Source: Macrostomum hystrix (Eukaryota; Animalia; Platyhelminthes). From it: a DNA stretch of 64,000 nucleotides. The notes beneath the pieces were generated by a model. It was given only the letters and a program-made list of their open reading frames with translations. It had not been told where the DNA came from and did no database searches. The translations under genes were made by a program, and so were the position numbers. Below, one piece after another: positions 26,011-37,964 of the stretch. Within the stretch, counting starts at the first letter, position 1, and each line of letters opens with the position of its first letter. Location: contig CATNEN010000003.1 of the NCBI GenBank assembly GCA_950097015.1, forward strand, positions 13,268,001 to 13,332,000. The letters are read 5' to 3'.

Positions 26011-27038
26011 TTATATACCATTTTCCTACTTTCTGTCTTCAATATTCCAAAGCCCTTCATTACTGTACTTCACTGTCAAACATTAGAATATTTTTTTCAA
26101 TTTAATTTTGACTCTCTAGTTGATTCAATTCGATTAATTACGAATTCTAGACTATTTCTGCGGGCGGCACGCATCTGTGACTCTGATTCAAGTCAAGTTA
26201 ATCACAGTCGGATATTTAATTGACTTTGCTCTCTCTGTGTGTTTGACTCACTGGCAGACATGACTGGGTTTGTTGAATATTGTGCAATAGGCGACATTGA
26301 AGGCTTTGTTGCGCAATTACACAATGGGTCCACTGGTGTTGCATCGAGTAAATTCGTCCAATAGGTCCAATAAGAGGGCCTAATTTTAGTCACTGGCCGA
26401 CGAGTGGCGGCCAGTCTAGTAGTTGCTATGGGGAACAAGGAACACTCCAAAGTGACCATCTGAACCTGTTCATATCCCTCCTCTGAACTCGACTGAGCTT
26501 ATCATCTGATTGTGTTTTCCTCTATACTAGCCTAGTCTTTGATTTCATTTTGAGATCTAGCGCTCATTACATGAGTATAGTCTCAATCCAATGACGAATG
26601 GGACAAATTTTCGCTGATTTCTGCTTTCCAATTCAATAAACCCGCATTGATTTCAATGTTGACTATAAGCTATCATTGACAGATTGCATTGATGGTAATG
26701 CCAACTCAATTCACAAAGTTAGAATGGGTGACACATGCTGGCTGAATGCTGGAGAATCGATCATTTTTTTCTCGAAAGCATGTGTTTTAATTTGGTTGCC
26801 AAGCTGAACAATTGGTCAAAGGTCGGTATCAATAGACTATTCCCAATTGTAACTAAGTTTTTGTTTTTCAGTCTCTTCAAGTATGATTTCATATTTTTTC
26901 ACTTTCCAAATTAATTTCAAGAGAGCTAGACTTTTGGTCCTACTAGCAGTAATATAATCGTACATCATTATCATTTTAAATTTTTAGCTCCGTAGCCTGA
27001 CACTATGAAGGGGTATTTCAAATACCCACTGCCTACAC

Positions 27039-27536
27039 CAGGGTCGGCAAACTCCGGCCCGCGGGCCAGATGCGGCCCTCGAAGCTCCCAAATCCGGCCC
27101 GTTGCCCCTTCTGATATCTACAGTGTCCTGTCTCATCGCTCTCGTATCTAAACTCTCCCGTGTCTAATCTCTCCCGTGTCTAATCTCTCCCATGTCTAAT
27201 CTCTCCCATGTCTAATCTCTCCCGTGTCTAATCTCTCCCGTGTCTAATCTCTCCCGTGTCTCATCTCTCCCGTGTCAAATCTCTCCCGTGTCTAATCTCC
27301 CCCGTGTCTAATCTCTCCCGTGTCTAATCTCTCCCGTGTCTAATCTCTCCCGCGTCTAATCTCTCCCGTGTCTAATCTCTCCCGTGTCTAATCTCTCCCG
27401 TGTCTAATCTCTCCCGTGTCTAATCTCTCCCGTGTCTCATCTCTCCCTTATCTCATATTTATACAGTCAATGCGGCCCGCTGTCGTCTTTTAGGCTCTCT
27501 CTTTGGCCCGCCAGTAAATAAGTTTGCCTACCCCTG
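27039..27536 (+). mobile_element. Non-autonomous hAT-type MITE with internal 16-bp minisatellite (GTGTCTAATCTCTCCC)
   Basis: TIRs CAGGGTCGGCAAACT / AGTTTGCCTACCCCTG; perfect 8-bp TSD GCCTACAC (27031-27038, 27537-27544); near-identical copy at 58257. Confidence 0.93.
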
Positions 27537-28116
27537 GCCTACACGATAGCTCCCTCATCGTCAGATGTCAGAACCTATCGTGAAATGACCGATTTTTCGT
27601 GAAAGTCCACCATATGGATCAACATTTTCCACCCTTTACGATGAACTAACTTTCAAAGCTGTCCGAGTCAGTTTCATCGAGATATTCAGCCATTTTTGTC
27701 GACGACTTTGGAGACAAGAACAATTTAATCAACAATACTTTTAATACAATATAATCACTAATAATAGCCGAAATGGTTGATATTTTGTGAGCAGAAAATT
27801 TATGCCTATCTTTGTGGTTTAGTTATAGTTATAGTTATCGATTGCCGAAATGCAAACTGTTTTTTACATCTAATAATTACGTAGGGAAGAAATTTCTGCT
27901 AATATTTCATATACTGCTCGTATTTAAGGCAGGTTTTTACGTTGTATTAAAAACTGTATTCAAATAATATTTTATTTTTGTTCTGAAAATACGCAAGAAA
28001 TAAATGTTTCTTTTCTGCGTGGATATACGATTAAAGTACATTTTAGTCTCATAAACGAAAAAGCACAGAAATGTTTATTTTGCTGTTCAAATCAGGCACA
28101 AATAGTTGCATGACAG

Positions 28117-28998
28117 TCATCGGTCTGAGCTCTTCTCTCCGGTGTAAAGTTGCTTGGTTGCATTCCTCAGCTTCCTGATGTCCTTGGCGAATTCCTGTTC
28201 CTTCAGCAGCTCCTCGTGCTGAATTTCCAGCCTCCTTTTGTGCTCCTGAAGCAGTCGAGTCTGCTGGATCATGTAGAGCAGATCTTTGCGCAGCTTTCTA
28301 TTCTGCAGTTTGACGGTGTTGGAATGATCAATTAGGGATGTGATGGCCTCCTTGTAGGCTTCCTTGGATAGCTGCTGGACCTTCTGCTCCGATTCCTCTT
28401 GAAATTCTCGTTTCTCGCGCATAAACTTTGCCTTGAGTAGCTGCAGCTGCTCGGAGTGCTGGATTCTTAAATTCTGAGCCTCCTTCTCCAAGTGCTTGAT
28501 CATGTCGGCCTGCTCGTCCTTTAGCTTCTTGAACTCTGACAGCTCGTCCAGCTCATCGCGCGCCTTCGAAAGCTCGTTTTGCTTCGAAAGAAGCGTCTGC
28601 TTTAGTTCTTCCTTCTGGGAATTGTATGCTTCCAGCATTTCTTCTCGCTGCTGAAGCAGAACTTTGATCTCATGCTCGTTGTAGTCACTGAGTGTGATCA
28701 ATGCTTTTTGTCGCTTGTCTGAACGCTTTTCCATGTAGCCCATGTATTCATGACTTTCAACTCTGATTCTTTGCGACTCCTCTTGAAGCCATTCGTTTTC
28801 ACTTTTCAATTCTGACAGCTTCTTCTTGGCGTCCTCCACATCTTTAATGACTTTCGCCAATTCTTCTTTTAGTTGCTGCTCTTTATCAATGACCTCTTCC
28901 TGGGGCGGTTCTCCTTCTGGTGCAACAGACTCCTCTGCTTTCTTAGAAGCTTTATCTTTGCCTTTGCTCTTGCCTTTCTTTTTCCCCTTCTTAGGCAT
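28117..28998 (-). CDS. CCDC166: CCDC166-like coiled-coil protein (DUF4515/BBOF1-related), intronless, 293 aa
   Basis: MPKKGKKK basic N-terminus, ENEWLQEESQRIRVESHEYMGY motif, long heptad repeats; recalled similarity to CCDC166/CCDC121. Confidence 0.75.
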   Translation of the reverse strand: MPKKGKKKGKSKGKDKASKKAEESVAPEGEPPQEEVIDKEQQLKEELAKVIKDVEDAKKKLSELKSENEWLQEESQRIRVESHEYMGYMEKRSDKRQKALITLSDYNEHEIKVLLQQREEMLEAYNSQKEELKQTLLSKQNELSKARDELDELSEFKKLKDEQADMIKHLEKEAQNLRIQHSEQLQLLKAKFMREKREFQEESEQKVQQLSKEAYKEAITSLIDHSNTVKLQNRKLRKDLLYMIQQTRLLQEHKRRLEIQHEELLKEQEFAKDIRKLRNATKQLYTGEKSSDR

Positions 28999-30105
28999 CT
29001 TGCAGATGTTTGAACGATAAAGCAAAAACTGTAAACAAGCTATAGTTGACTAACTAAGCATTAAAAAATAAAACAAAATATTCTAGTTAAAAATATATAG
29101 TGATACTACATAGCAAATGTTTTTTGCATTCACGGGGCTATAATTAGCTTTAGAAAAAGATTTTTCAAAGCGTTTTTGGAGTATAAAAATTTCGATTATT
29201 TAAGTAAAGAGAGTTAAATTAGTTTGTTATAGTTTACAACAAGCGCGCGAATTTTTAAAATGGCTATTTCCTTTAAAGGACTTCCCCAAATGACTGTCCT
29301 TCCGCTTCAATGAGTAGTCGAAAGAATGAATTTGCGAGTGCGACGCACCTGTAGTTACAAGAAGCTAATACTTATGTAGCAAACGCAGAAATTAGTTTGT
29401 TTATTATGAATAGCATTCATTTTGCTGTCTTCCTCTATAACTATATAAGAACGACTACTCAGGGCAAATAAATATTTTAAGTTCTTACTTTTTGAGGCAA
29501 CTGTTTGGCACCTCTAGGAATAAGACAGCCACACTCAAAGAGCGAAAGAGGGTAGGGGTCGGGGGGCGTGACTGGTGATAATTATTGGATAGCCTGGGTA
29601 GATTTAGATTAGAGGTTAGGTTCGCAGGTGTCCATGACAAACTTGACGTTAGTTTAAAAAAGAGATTTTTTTTGTGGATGGCATGTAAACTAGTATCTAT
29701 ACTTTTTAATTAGAATTTTTGTTTACTTTGTTAGAAAAGGATTTTTGTCTTATCTCTAAGTGTTATTTATATGGTGACTAGTTTCTGGGTACAGATAAGA
29801 AAATAGCTATTCATACACGATACACTATGATAAAAAGCAGAATAGTGCTTATGAATTATGTAGTTCATTTTTTAATTCGTTTTTTAATTCCTAAAATTTA
29901 AGCTGAGGGGTAGTGGCAGAATTAATTGATGGTCTGATTCTTCTATATTGCCAGCTATCTGTCAGCCCAACTGCTTAATTTTTTTCTCATGCCCTAGTCA
30001 ACCCCCTTGGCCAGATGTATGGCTTTGAAAGTAAACTGGTTTGCTTTCTATGTGACACATTTTGTATGCAACAGTTGTTTTGGCAATAGGAATTCTGGTT
30101 GGTTT

Positions 30106-30442
30106 GGTCACAAGCAATTTGGGCCATAACCATTTTGACCCAAAACCATTTCAGCCAAGATCATTTTGGCTTAGGCCTATACAATTTATGATAACAAATA
30201 AAGTCAAAGTAAACTTGTTGGACTCTAACAGAGAAATGGAACTTGTCAGCACCCAAACACAGTGTGGACATTTCTACAAACAAATAACTTAGTACTTTAA
30301 ACAATAAATTCTCTGTGTCACTGTTTGTAGTAAGTTAAAAAACAAAATATTTATCCAGATAACATAGGCCTATTAAATCATTTTACAATTTGGCCTAACT
30401 GGCTTGAGGCCAAAAAGATTATTGCCAAAATGACTGGTTACC
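30106..30442. mobile_element. Degenerate MITE-like element with inverted subterminal CATTTTGG repeats
   Basis: Left GGTCACAAGCAATTTGGG versus right reverse complement GGTAACCAGTCATTTTGG; no TSD seen. Confidence 0.35.
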
Positions 30443-30710
30443 TCCATTAGGTGTGGTATAGTGTGCAATAACAAATAATGTACAATGATTACCTTATGAA
30501 GTCAAATTGTGAATATATTGCAAATCACATCACAACAATAGTTAGGCCTAATGTGACAACAGTTTTGGCAATAATGTTTAAGCCATCTATCATTTTCATT
30601 GTATGAATAACCATTCTGTTATTTGTTCATTCACTGAATGAGTAATCATTTTGTTATTTATATTGTATGATTAATAATAATAGATGAGTAACTTTTATTA
30701 TAATTTGTAT

Positions 30711-30994
30711 CATACATGTGCAACACCTGGCCGGGTGAAATGAGTGCCAAGCAAGGTAAGTCGCAAAAACCAATCGACCAAGCGCAAAAAAATCAAAGGG
30801 GGGACCAAGGGACAAAAAAGGAAGACATAAAGAAAAGGAAAAAGGGGAGAGAAAAAGAGATCAAATGAGAGCAAACTAAGTCGTAAATAGAGCAATGAAA
30901 GGAACTAAGTCACAAATGAGAGCAAACTAAGTCGTAAATAGAGCAAAAACTAAGTCGCACGGCCGGCTAAGATTTGGGAGGTTGTGCATGTATG
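30711..30994. mobile_element. Second MITE (hAT-like), 284 bp
   Basis: 14-bp TIR CATACATGTGCAAC / GTTGTGCATGTATG (2 mismatches); 8-bp TSD ATTTGTAT / ACTTGTAT; internal GAGCAAACTAAGTCG repeats. Confidence 0.75.
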
Positions 30995-33649
30995 ACTTGT
31001 ATGGTCACCATTAAGAGGCTAATGCCTTTTTACACCACAAATTGTTAGTAAAAAGCAATACTAGCTGAAATCCTATGTAATTGCTAATTTTTTTTTATAT
31101 TTTATTTAATTTATTATATTTTTTTTAATATTTAATTTTAATAAATTAAATTAGTATATCATGTTTTTTGTCTAGCTATAAATAATAGTTTAAGTTAAAT
31201 TTTAATTCAATTTTTTAAATAGCTACTTTACTGTTTGTTAAGTATGACACACATTTAAATCTGAATATTACTAAGCAAACCAGAGCAAAACATTGCCAAG
31301 AAAATTGCTTCTGATTAATAATTTAACATAACAATCAATTTTCCTTTTTTAAAAATCAGCTTTAGCCAAAATAACTTAGAAACCCTAATTTTATATCTGC
31401 ATTGTTAAGGGTTTAGTACAAGGCTATTTCTAAAATAACCCTTTATTTAAAAGCATAAAAATCTTAAAAGTAGTACTTGTTATGTTAAAAAAAAATTTGC
31501 CTTCATTTATTTATTAGGTCTTATATATGTAGCTACATGATTTAATAGCAACTGTGAGCATATAATTATATTCACAGTTGCCTTAATAGCACTGAGTTTA
31601 CCCTTTTACTAGTTAACTCTGACAAATGTGTTCTATCTGTCACATGAGAGACCAAATAGCTTCCTTGGTAAATAAATATCTGAGGCTCCCTGTATGTTTA
31701 TCTATATTATATTTATTTGGTATGCTAGTAAATATACACAAATATAACTAAATCACAGTGGCCTGGAGCATCTGGTTGGGAAGGGGCAGCAGTTGTTTGG
31801 TCTCATGCTGGCTTCAATCATAATTAAATTGAAAACATCTAAAGAGAAAACAAGACAAGACAGATGTGTTGTTTATTTCTAGCTAACTATAGATAGTTTG
31901 TTATTTTTCACTTGTTTTTTTCCATCATCAATAGCCTAAAATAATTGCATTCATAAGTTAATATTTGCTAGACAGCACTTGAACATGCTTACTATGTCAT
32001 AATGTTTTATTAGGTTTTGTAGCTAAGAAATCATAGAACTGAATCATAGTATTCATAGAAATCAATACTTTATATGAGGCACTTTAAAATCTCACTCTAA
32101 ATTAGAGAAAATTATTTTTTGTAGTCCTCTAAAATGCTTATGCTGTGCCTTAAATCGATTTAATATTTCAATGGGTTCAAGCTTGTCAAATAGTTTTTTA
32201 ATTCTTTTTTTTTGCCTGTTAACATCAGTTTAGTTAACATATTTTCTAATTTACTCTTCAGTTTTAGCTAAATTTAATGTTTATTCAACTAGCTTTTCTA
32301 AAACTTGAGGCATACATACTTAAATATGATGCCACTGAATATATGATGCTTACATTTAAGATACCATTGCCTAAATATTGTGAAATCCTTTAAATTGCCT
32401 TTCTGGTTATGGTACTTATTTTTTGTGCAAAAATCTATCAGTAATTAAATGAATTTATTTTATAATATGATATGATCAATCAATGGTTAAAATACTTCAG
32501 AAAACTTTAAAAAGCAGTTTTAAGACTTGCATAATTGTATGGCTTTTACTCTGTCGCATAATTATTTGTGTTTCATAATAATAAGTCCACATCAACTACT
32601 TAGGAAGCTAAGAGCAAGTAGTATACTAAGAGAAGAAAACCTTTTTTTTTGTCCTGCATTATGCACCAATAAAAAAATGATCGAAAACCACTTTTCCAGT
32701 CGCGTTTACGATGTTCTGCTTTGCAGACAGTAAAAAACGATTTTATGGAATTTTAGATCCCACGATTTTAGTGACGATAGGATAAGAAAAAATTGCATTG
32801 GTAAAAAAGTACTACGATTCCAGATCCCAGATTAATAGCCAGCAGTTCCGCCTAATGCAGCTGGTTGATTAATCATCAAACTTGTGGCTGAGGGCCAAAT
32901 GTTGCGTGAAGAAATTGGGATTATAACGGACGGACGGTTAGGTTAGGTTTCGATTCGTTAAGATCTGCCGGGGTTTAGGAATGAATGATGAAAAGTTTTC
33001 AGCAGCTCTCCTCAGAATTTCGTCTTGCACTAGGCAGGCAATTTAAAAGATTCGGAAATGCAGATTTGTTGATTTTCTTTTTTCTTCTTTCATCAATCTT
33101 TTTTGGATGAAACCTGTTTGGCTGTTTGTTTATAAGAGTTACATTTTGGCGCCTTAGTTAGTTCCGACATGGTTGCAAGAAATCTTTGATTGCTGCGTTT
33201 GTCTGGTCTGTAAGAAATCGCGAATTCATACATTTTAGTTGCAGTTGATACTGCGCTAGTGGATCTACAAGTGTAGCAGTGTTCAGATGTGATGCATTTT
33301 CATTGGTTCTTTTCGCTTTGCCTCTAAATGTGTACCCGCATTTTTCCTCTCCTTCTTTCTCTATCTCTCTCTCTCTTCTGTGTTGATTTTCATCTTTCAC
33401 CGTAGCGCCAAGCACAGATTCTAGTTGCTACCCGTGTCAGTTGGTGGTTGGTCACGGATGGCTTGGGTTGTTGGTTTGTGTGCGCTTAGCCGGTTGAACG
33501 AATAGTCAGTCCATCTGTTCCACTCCTACCCTCGCTAACTTCCTTATCGCTGAACTAAAGTACCGTTCATTTTGCTATTTTTCCTTTTATTGCCCAGCTC
33601 TTCCCTTCAATAAAAAATTAGATCTAGGTGTGTCAATTGAAATTGAACA

Positions 33650-33957
33650 ATGAATTTATCGACGCATCAACAACAGCTATCTAATCAGCAGAATTCAAAT
33701 GCTGCTACTACTACTAGTCATAGTTCTATTCGCAGCCAGCTAGCTAGTTTATTGAGACCACGCTTATCCGCTGCCACATCCGGCTCGGCTGGAACTAGAA
33801 ATAGACGATATTCGTCAACTTATGAGAGACTAGACGATCGCGACACTTCTCCTGATCAACCGCCGTTGATGCTAATCTATCACCAGGGTCCCTATCTGTT
33901 GCAGCAGCAGCAGCAGCAGCAGCAGCAGTTGCAATTGCAGCAGCTAGTCGAACGCAA
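33650..33957 (+). CDS. Probable first coding exon of the kelch-like gene (low-complexity, poly-Q)
   Basis: ATG 33650; phase-2 donor AA|GTACGA fits the phase-2 acceptor at 44693 (AA+C=Asn); the link is inferred. Confidence 0.5.
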
Positions 33958-34734
33958 GTACGAATATTTTATGAATTTCTTGCCTCTCTTCTCGTTCTCT
34001 CTTCTTTTTTTTCTGCCATGTCGGATTAATTTCTTACCAGACATCATTAAATTACAGATTTAGATTAGTGAAATTCTTATTTCTACATGTAGTACGAGTA
34101 GAAAGCTAGCTATATCTAGTAACTCCGTCTGTGTCGTGTCTGCTGAGTTGAATTGAAATTTCGAGTTGTCTAAAAATCTATTCAAACTAACTGGGTCCTC
34201 TTGGGAATCTGTTGTGGGATTTTAATAGGTGATGGGAAAAGTGTAAGTGTTGGATTTTTTTCTTACCTTCTTCTTGTCGGTGCTTTTTCACTTGAACTTT
34301 TTCGTTAAGAAAGTCTTATTTAACCCGAGTAAAAGAAGACAGACCACATTAAAAGACTTTTGAAAAAAAAACCCACGAAAAAATTTGTTTTACGAAAGAA
34401 GTATGCTATTTTCTACTTCGTCTTTTAGTAGCCTATCAAAATATTTTGTGCTATCTAGCCTAATCTAGGTATATTTTTAGCTACGTTGATTAAACGTCTA
34501 AAAAGATTTATAATTTCGCATTCCTTTAATTAAATGAGAGAATAATGAGTGTAGAATATTAATCAATGCAGGTAAATTACGGGCTATAAGGTTAGCTAAC
34601 TAACTTTCTCACACCACTGACAGGTAGCTTATAAAGAGAGTTTTTAATTATCATTTTTAATTAAACGAGATAATAATTTTATAGTCAAAGTTGAGTTCTT
34701 ACATCAGTGACACAGCCCAATAGTTATAACCGAG

Positions 34735-35300
34735 TAGATAGATAAGACAAGACATGGGAAGGGAAGACAAGGGAGAGATAAGTCGGGTAGAGATAAGACA
34801 GGATAGAGATAAGACGGGGTAGAGATATAGATGAGACAGGGTAGAGATGAGACAGGGTAGAGATGAGACAGGGTAGAGATAAGTCGGGTAGAGATGAGAC
34901 AGGATAGATATCAGTCGGGGTAGAGATGAGACAGGGTAGAGATGAGACAGGATAGAGATAAGACAGGGTAGAGATAAGTCGGGGTAGAGATGAGACAGGG
35001 TAGAGATGAGACAGGATAGAGATAAGACAGGGTAGAGATAAGTCGGGGTAGAGATGAGACAGGGTAGAGATGAGACAGGGTAGATAAGAGACGGTAGATA
35101 TGAGACAGGATAGAGATGAGACATGATAGAGATAAGATAGGGGTGAGATTATGAAACAGCAGAGAGATTAGACATTATGCAGGAGAAAGATAAGGACACG
35201 AGGGAGACGAGACATAGGATAGGATAGGATAGATGACATAGGAAAGAGATAGATAGGGGAGAGGTGATACATAAAAGAAATAGGAGATGACACGCAGTAA
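34735..35300. repeat. 16-bp unit GAGATGAGACAGGGTA array (MITE-related unit)
   Basis: Direct periodicity, degenerate right end. Confidence 0.92.
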
Positions 35301-35376
35301 ATATGAAAGAAGTGATTATCGAATCAGTTTTATTAATATTTGACATGAATAATTTCAGCCAAAAATTCATTTTGCC

Positions 35377-35859
35377 ATGTCGCCGCTAAAGAGCAGCAGA
35401 AACAGTTTGATAAATCTGCTTCTAGTAGGGGCTCTGCTATTGCCACTGCTGGCTCCGGCAACTGTTTCAGCAATGGAATGCTACGTTTGCAATCAACAGG
35501 AGGGTAATAGGGACAAATGCGTCAAGACTAGCAGGCAGTGTCTGCCGCATGAGAACGCATGCTTTGCACGCATTGAATACCGCCTGCCAACCCAGTATTG
35601 GCAGCAGAATGGTATCCGAACACATTTCATTGATAAGAATTGCACTACTTTGGATAAGTGTCGTGATGAAAGTGATAATATGGCCATCCGATGCAACAGA
35701 GAGTGGTATAACGATTGGACCTGTTTGGAGTGCTGCTCCGGAGAATTGTGCAACTTCTATGTCACTATGGGCGCTCACAGGGTGACGAAATCTACAGCCG
35801 GAGCTCTGCTATTGTCTATGGTATCTATCGGTTCAGTTTGGCTGTCGCGTCTCCTTTAA
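35377..35859 (+). CDS. cold: Ly6/uPAR three-finger GPI-anchored protein, Coiled-like, intronless
   Basis: Signal peptide, MECYVC start, 10 Cys, WYNDWTCLECCSGELCN end, hydrophobic GPI tail; recalled resemblance to Drosophila Coiled. Confidence 0.85.
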   Translation: MSPLKSSRNSLINLLLVGALLLPLLAPATVSAMECYVCNQQEGNRDKCVKTSRQCLPHENACFARIEYRLPTQYWQQNGIRTHFIDKNCTTLDKCRDESDNMAIRCNREWYNDWTCLECCSGELCNFYVTMGAHRVTKSTAGALLLSMVSIGSVWLSRLL

Positions 35860-36062
35860 ATTGACCTTTTTTCTTTTGACTAGTAAGAGCATCATCCGTT
35901 TGAAAAATGTGCTACTTTATTCAATTAGGAACTTAAATATGTTCTGATTTTTTCCGCAAATGCTGCTATTTTGCTTTTTTGTGAGTTTTCATTCGTTTTT
36001 TTTTAAATCTGACAAAAGATACTGTCAATAGAAAATTGTTTAGAAATAGTTAGAAGTGTAAA

Positions 36063-36972
36063 GTGCTAGGTCCTTGATTTACCTGTTGCTAGGTCCTCAA
36101 TTTACTTGTTGCTAGGTCCTCAATTTACTTGTTGCTAGGTCCTCAATTTACTTGTTGCTAGGTCCTTTAGTTACCTGTTGCTAGGTCCTTGTGTTACCTG
36201 TTGCTAGGTCCTTGAGTTACCTGTTGCTAGGTAATTGAGTCACCTGTTGCTAGGTCCTTGAGTTACCTGTTGCTGGGTCCTTGAGTTACCTGTTGCTAGG
36301 TCCTTGAGTTACCTGTTGCTAGGTCCTTGAGTCACCTGTTGCTAGGTCCTCAATTTACTTGTTGCTAGGTCCTTGAGTTACCTGTTGCCAGATCCTTGAG
36401 TTACCTGTTGCTAGGTCCTTAAGTTACCTGTTGCTAGGTCCTTGAGTTACCTGTTGCTAGGTCCTTGAGTCACCTGTTGCTAGGTCCTCAATTTACTTGT
36501 TGCCAGATCCTTGAGTTACCTGTTGCCAGATCCTTGAGTTACCTGTTGCTAGGTCCTTAAGTTACCTGTTGCTAGGTAATTGAGTCACCTGTTGCAAGGT
36601 CCTTGAGTTACCTGTTGCTAGGTAATTGAGTCACCTGTTGCTAGGTCCTTGAGTTACCTGTTGCTGGGTCCTTGAGTTACCTGTTGCTAGGTCCTTGAGT
36701 CACCTGTTGCTAGGTCCTCAATTTACTTGTTGCTAGGTCCTTGAGTTACCTGTTGCTGGGTCCTTAAGTTACCTGTTGCTAGGTCCTTGAGTTACCTGTT
36801 GCTGGGTCCTTGAGTTACCTGTTGCCAGATCCTTGAGTTACCTGTTGCTAGGTCCTCAATTTACTTGTTGCTAGGTCCTCAATTTACTTGTTGCTAGGTC
36901 CTTAATTTAACTGTTGCTAGGTCCTCAATGTACCTGTTGCTAGGTGCTCAATATACCTGTTGCTAGGTCCTA
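36063..36972. repeat. 23-bp unit TTGCTAGGTCCTTGAGTTACCTG array
   Basis: Starts about 200 bp after the Ly6 stop. Confidence 0.96.
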
Positions 36973-37964
36973 AATGAGGCTTCAGTGAGGCCCGGGGGGT
37001 GGTACAGATCGAAGAAAACCATAAAATCGTAAGTATGATTGAATGAAATAATAACCCTATTGTTTAATTAACTGCCTAACCTTGATACCAATTCTATATT
37101 TTTGCTTAAATTTCCAGGACTGGAAATATTGTTTCAATAATTTGTAACTAAACACTGGCACTTGTCCGTTTGTTGTTTAAATTGCGACCAAACGTATTGG
37201 TAGTTATTTATTTTGTTTAATTAATAGTGCATATGTCATTTTTTCCCTTTTTTAGAAACTTAATTGACTAGCGACTACCCCCCGTTTTTTTAAGTAAAAA
37301 CTTCTTTGTAATTATAAATTCAGTAACATTCCATTCCATTCCATTTTTCTCTGTGCCTGAAGTAATGTTTTATTGTAACATTTTTACTATTGTTCTTTGT
37401 TACCTAAACTTATGTGTAATTAAAGTGAGTTTTAACAAGATTAATGTAAACGTTTTTACCGTTCTACTAGTATTTTTTAACTACTGTGAATTATCCTCAA
37501 TAATTATTATAGAAATATACATTGCATGCTTCTACATCTGTTATCTTAAACTGGTTTATTTAGTTGAACACAAGTCGACATATACATGAAGTTCATATTT
37601 TGACCTAATGCGTTTGGGTTAAAATCAAGTGCACTGATTGCTTTTTTTGTTGTTGTTATTTTATTCATTAATTTTCTACTAGGAAAATTGCTAGTTATTT
37701 CCGGTCAAGTTGGCCTTTAGATAATCCTGTGTAGGGTTAGTAGTAATTAAGTATTTTTTTAAATATGTTTCATTGACTTAGCTATTACATTTCTGCTTAG
37801 TTAGCTTTTTCATTTAGATTAGGGTAATTTTAGTAGTACTTTTATAGATTACTATATATATGCTACCAATATTACTCGTATTTTTCTGTGATAAACATGT
37901 TTCTCGGCCTGAATAATGAAGTCAAGTATTAATGATTCCATGCGGTGTGATACAGTCAGTATGA

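Noticed and set aside
21870-26223. Long repetitive ORFs (310, 339, 517 and 603 aa)
   Set aside because: Products of units with lengths divisible by 3; no domain, start context or splice support
26422-26436. X-box-like GTTGCTATGGGGAAC
   Set aside because: No gene start nearby; lies downstream of CCDC166
31548-31581. Short inverted repeat GCAACTGTGA...TCACAGTTGC (also a hairpin at 27011-27027)
   Set aside because: Single short palindromes with no supporting context
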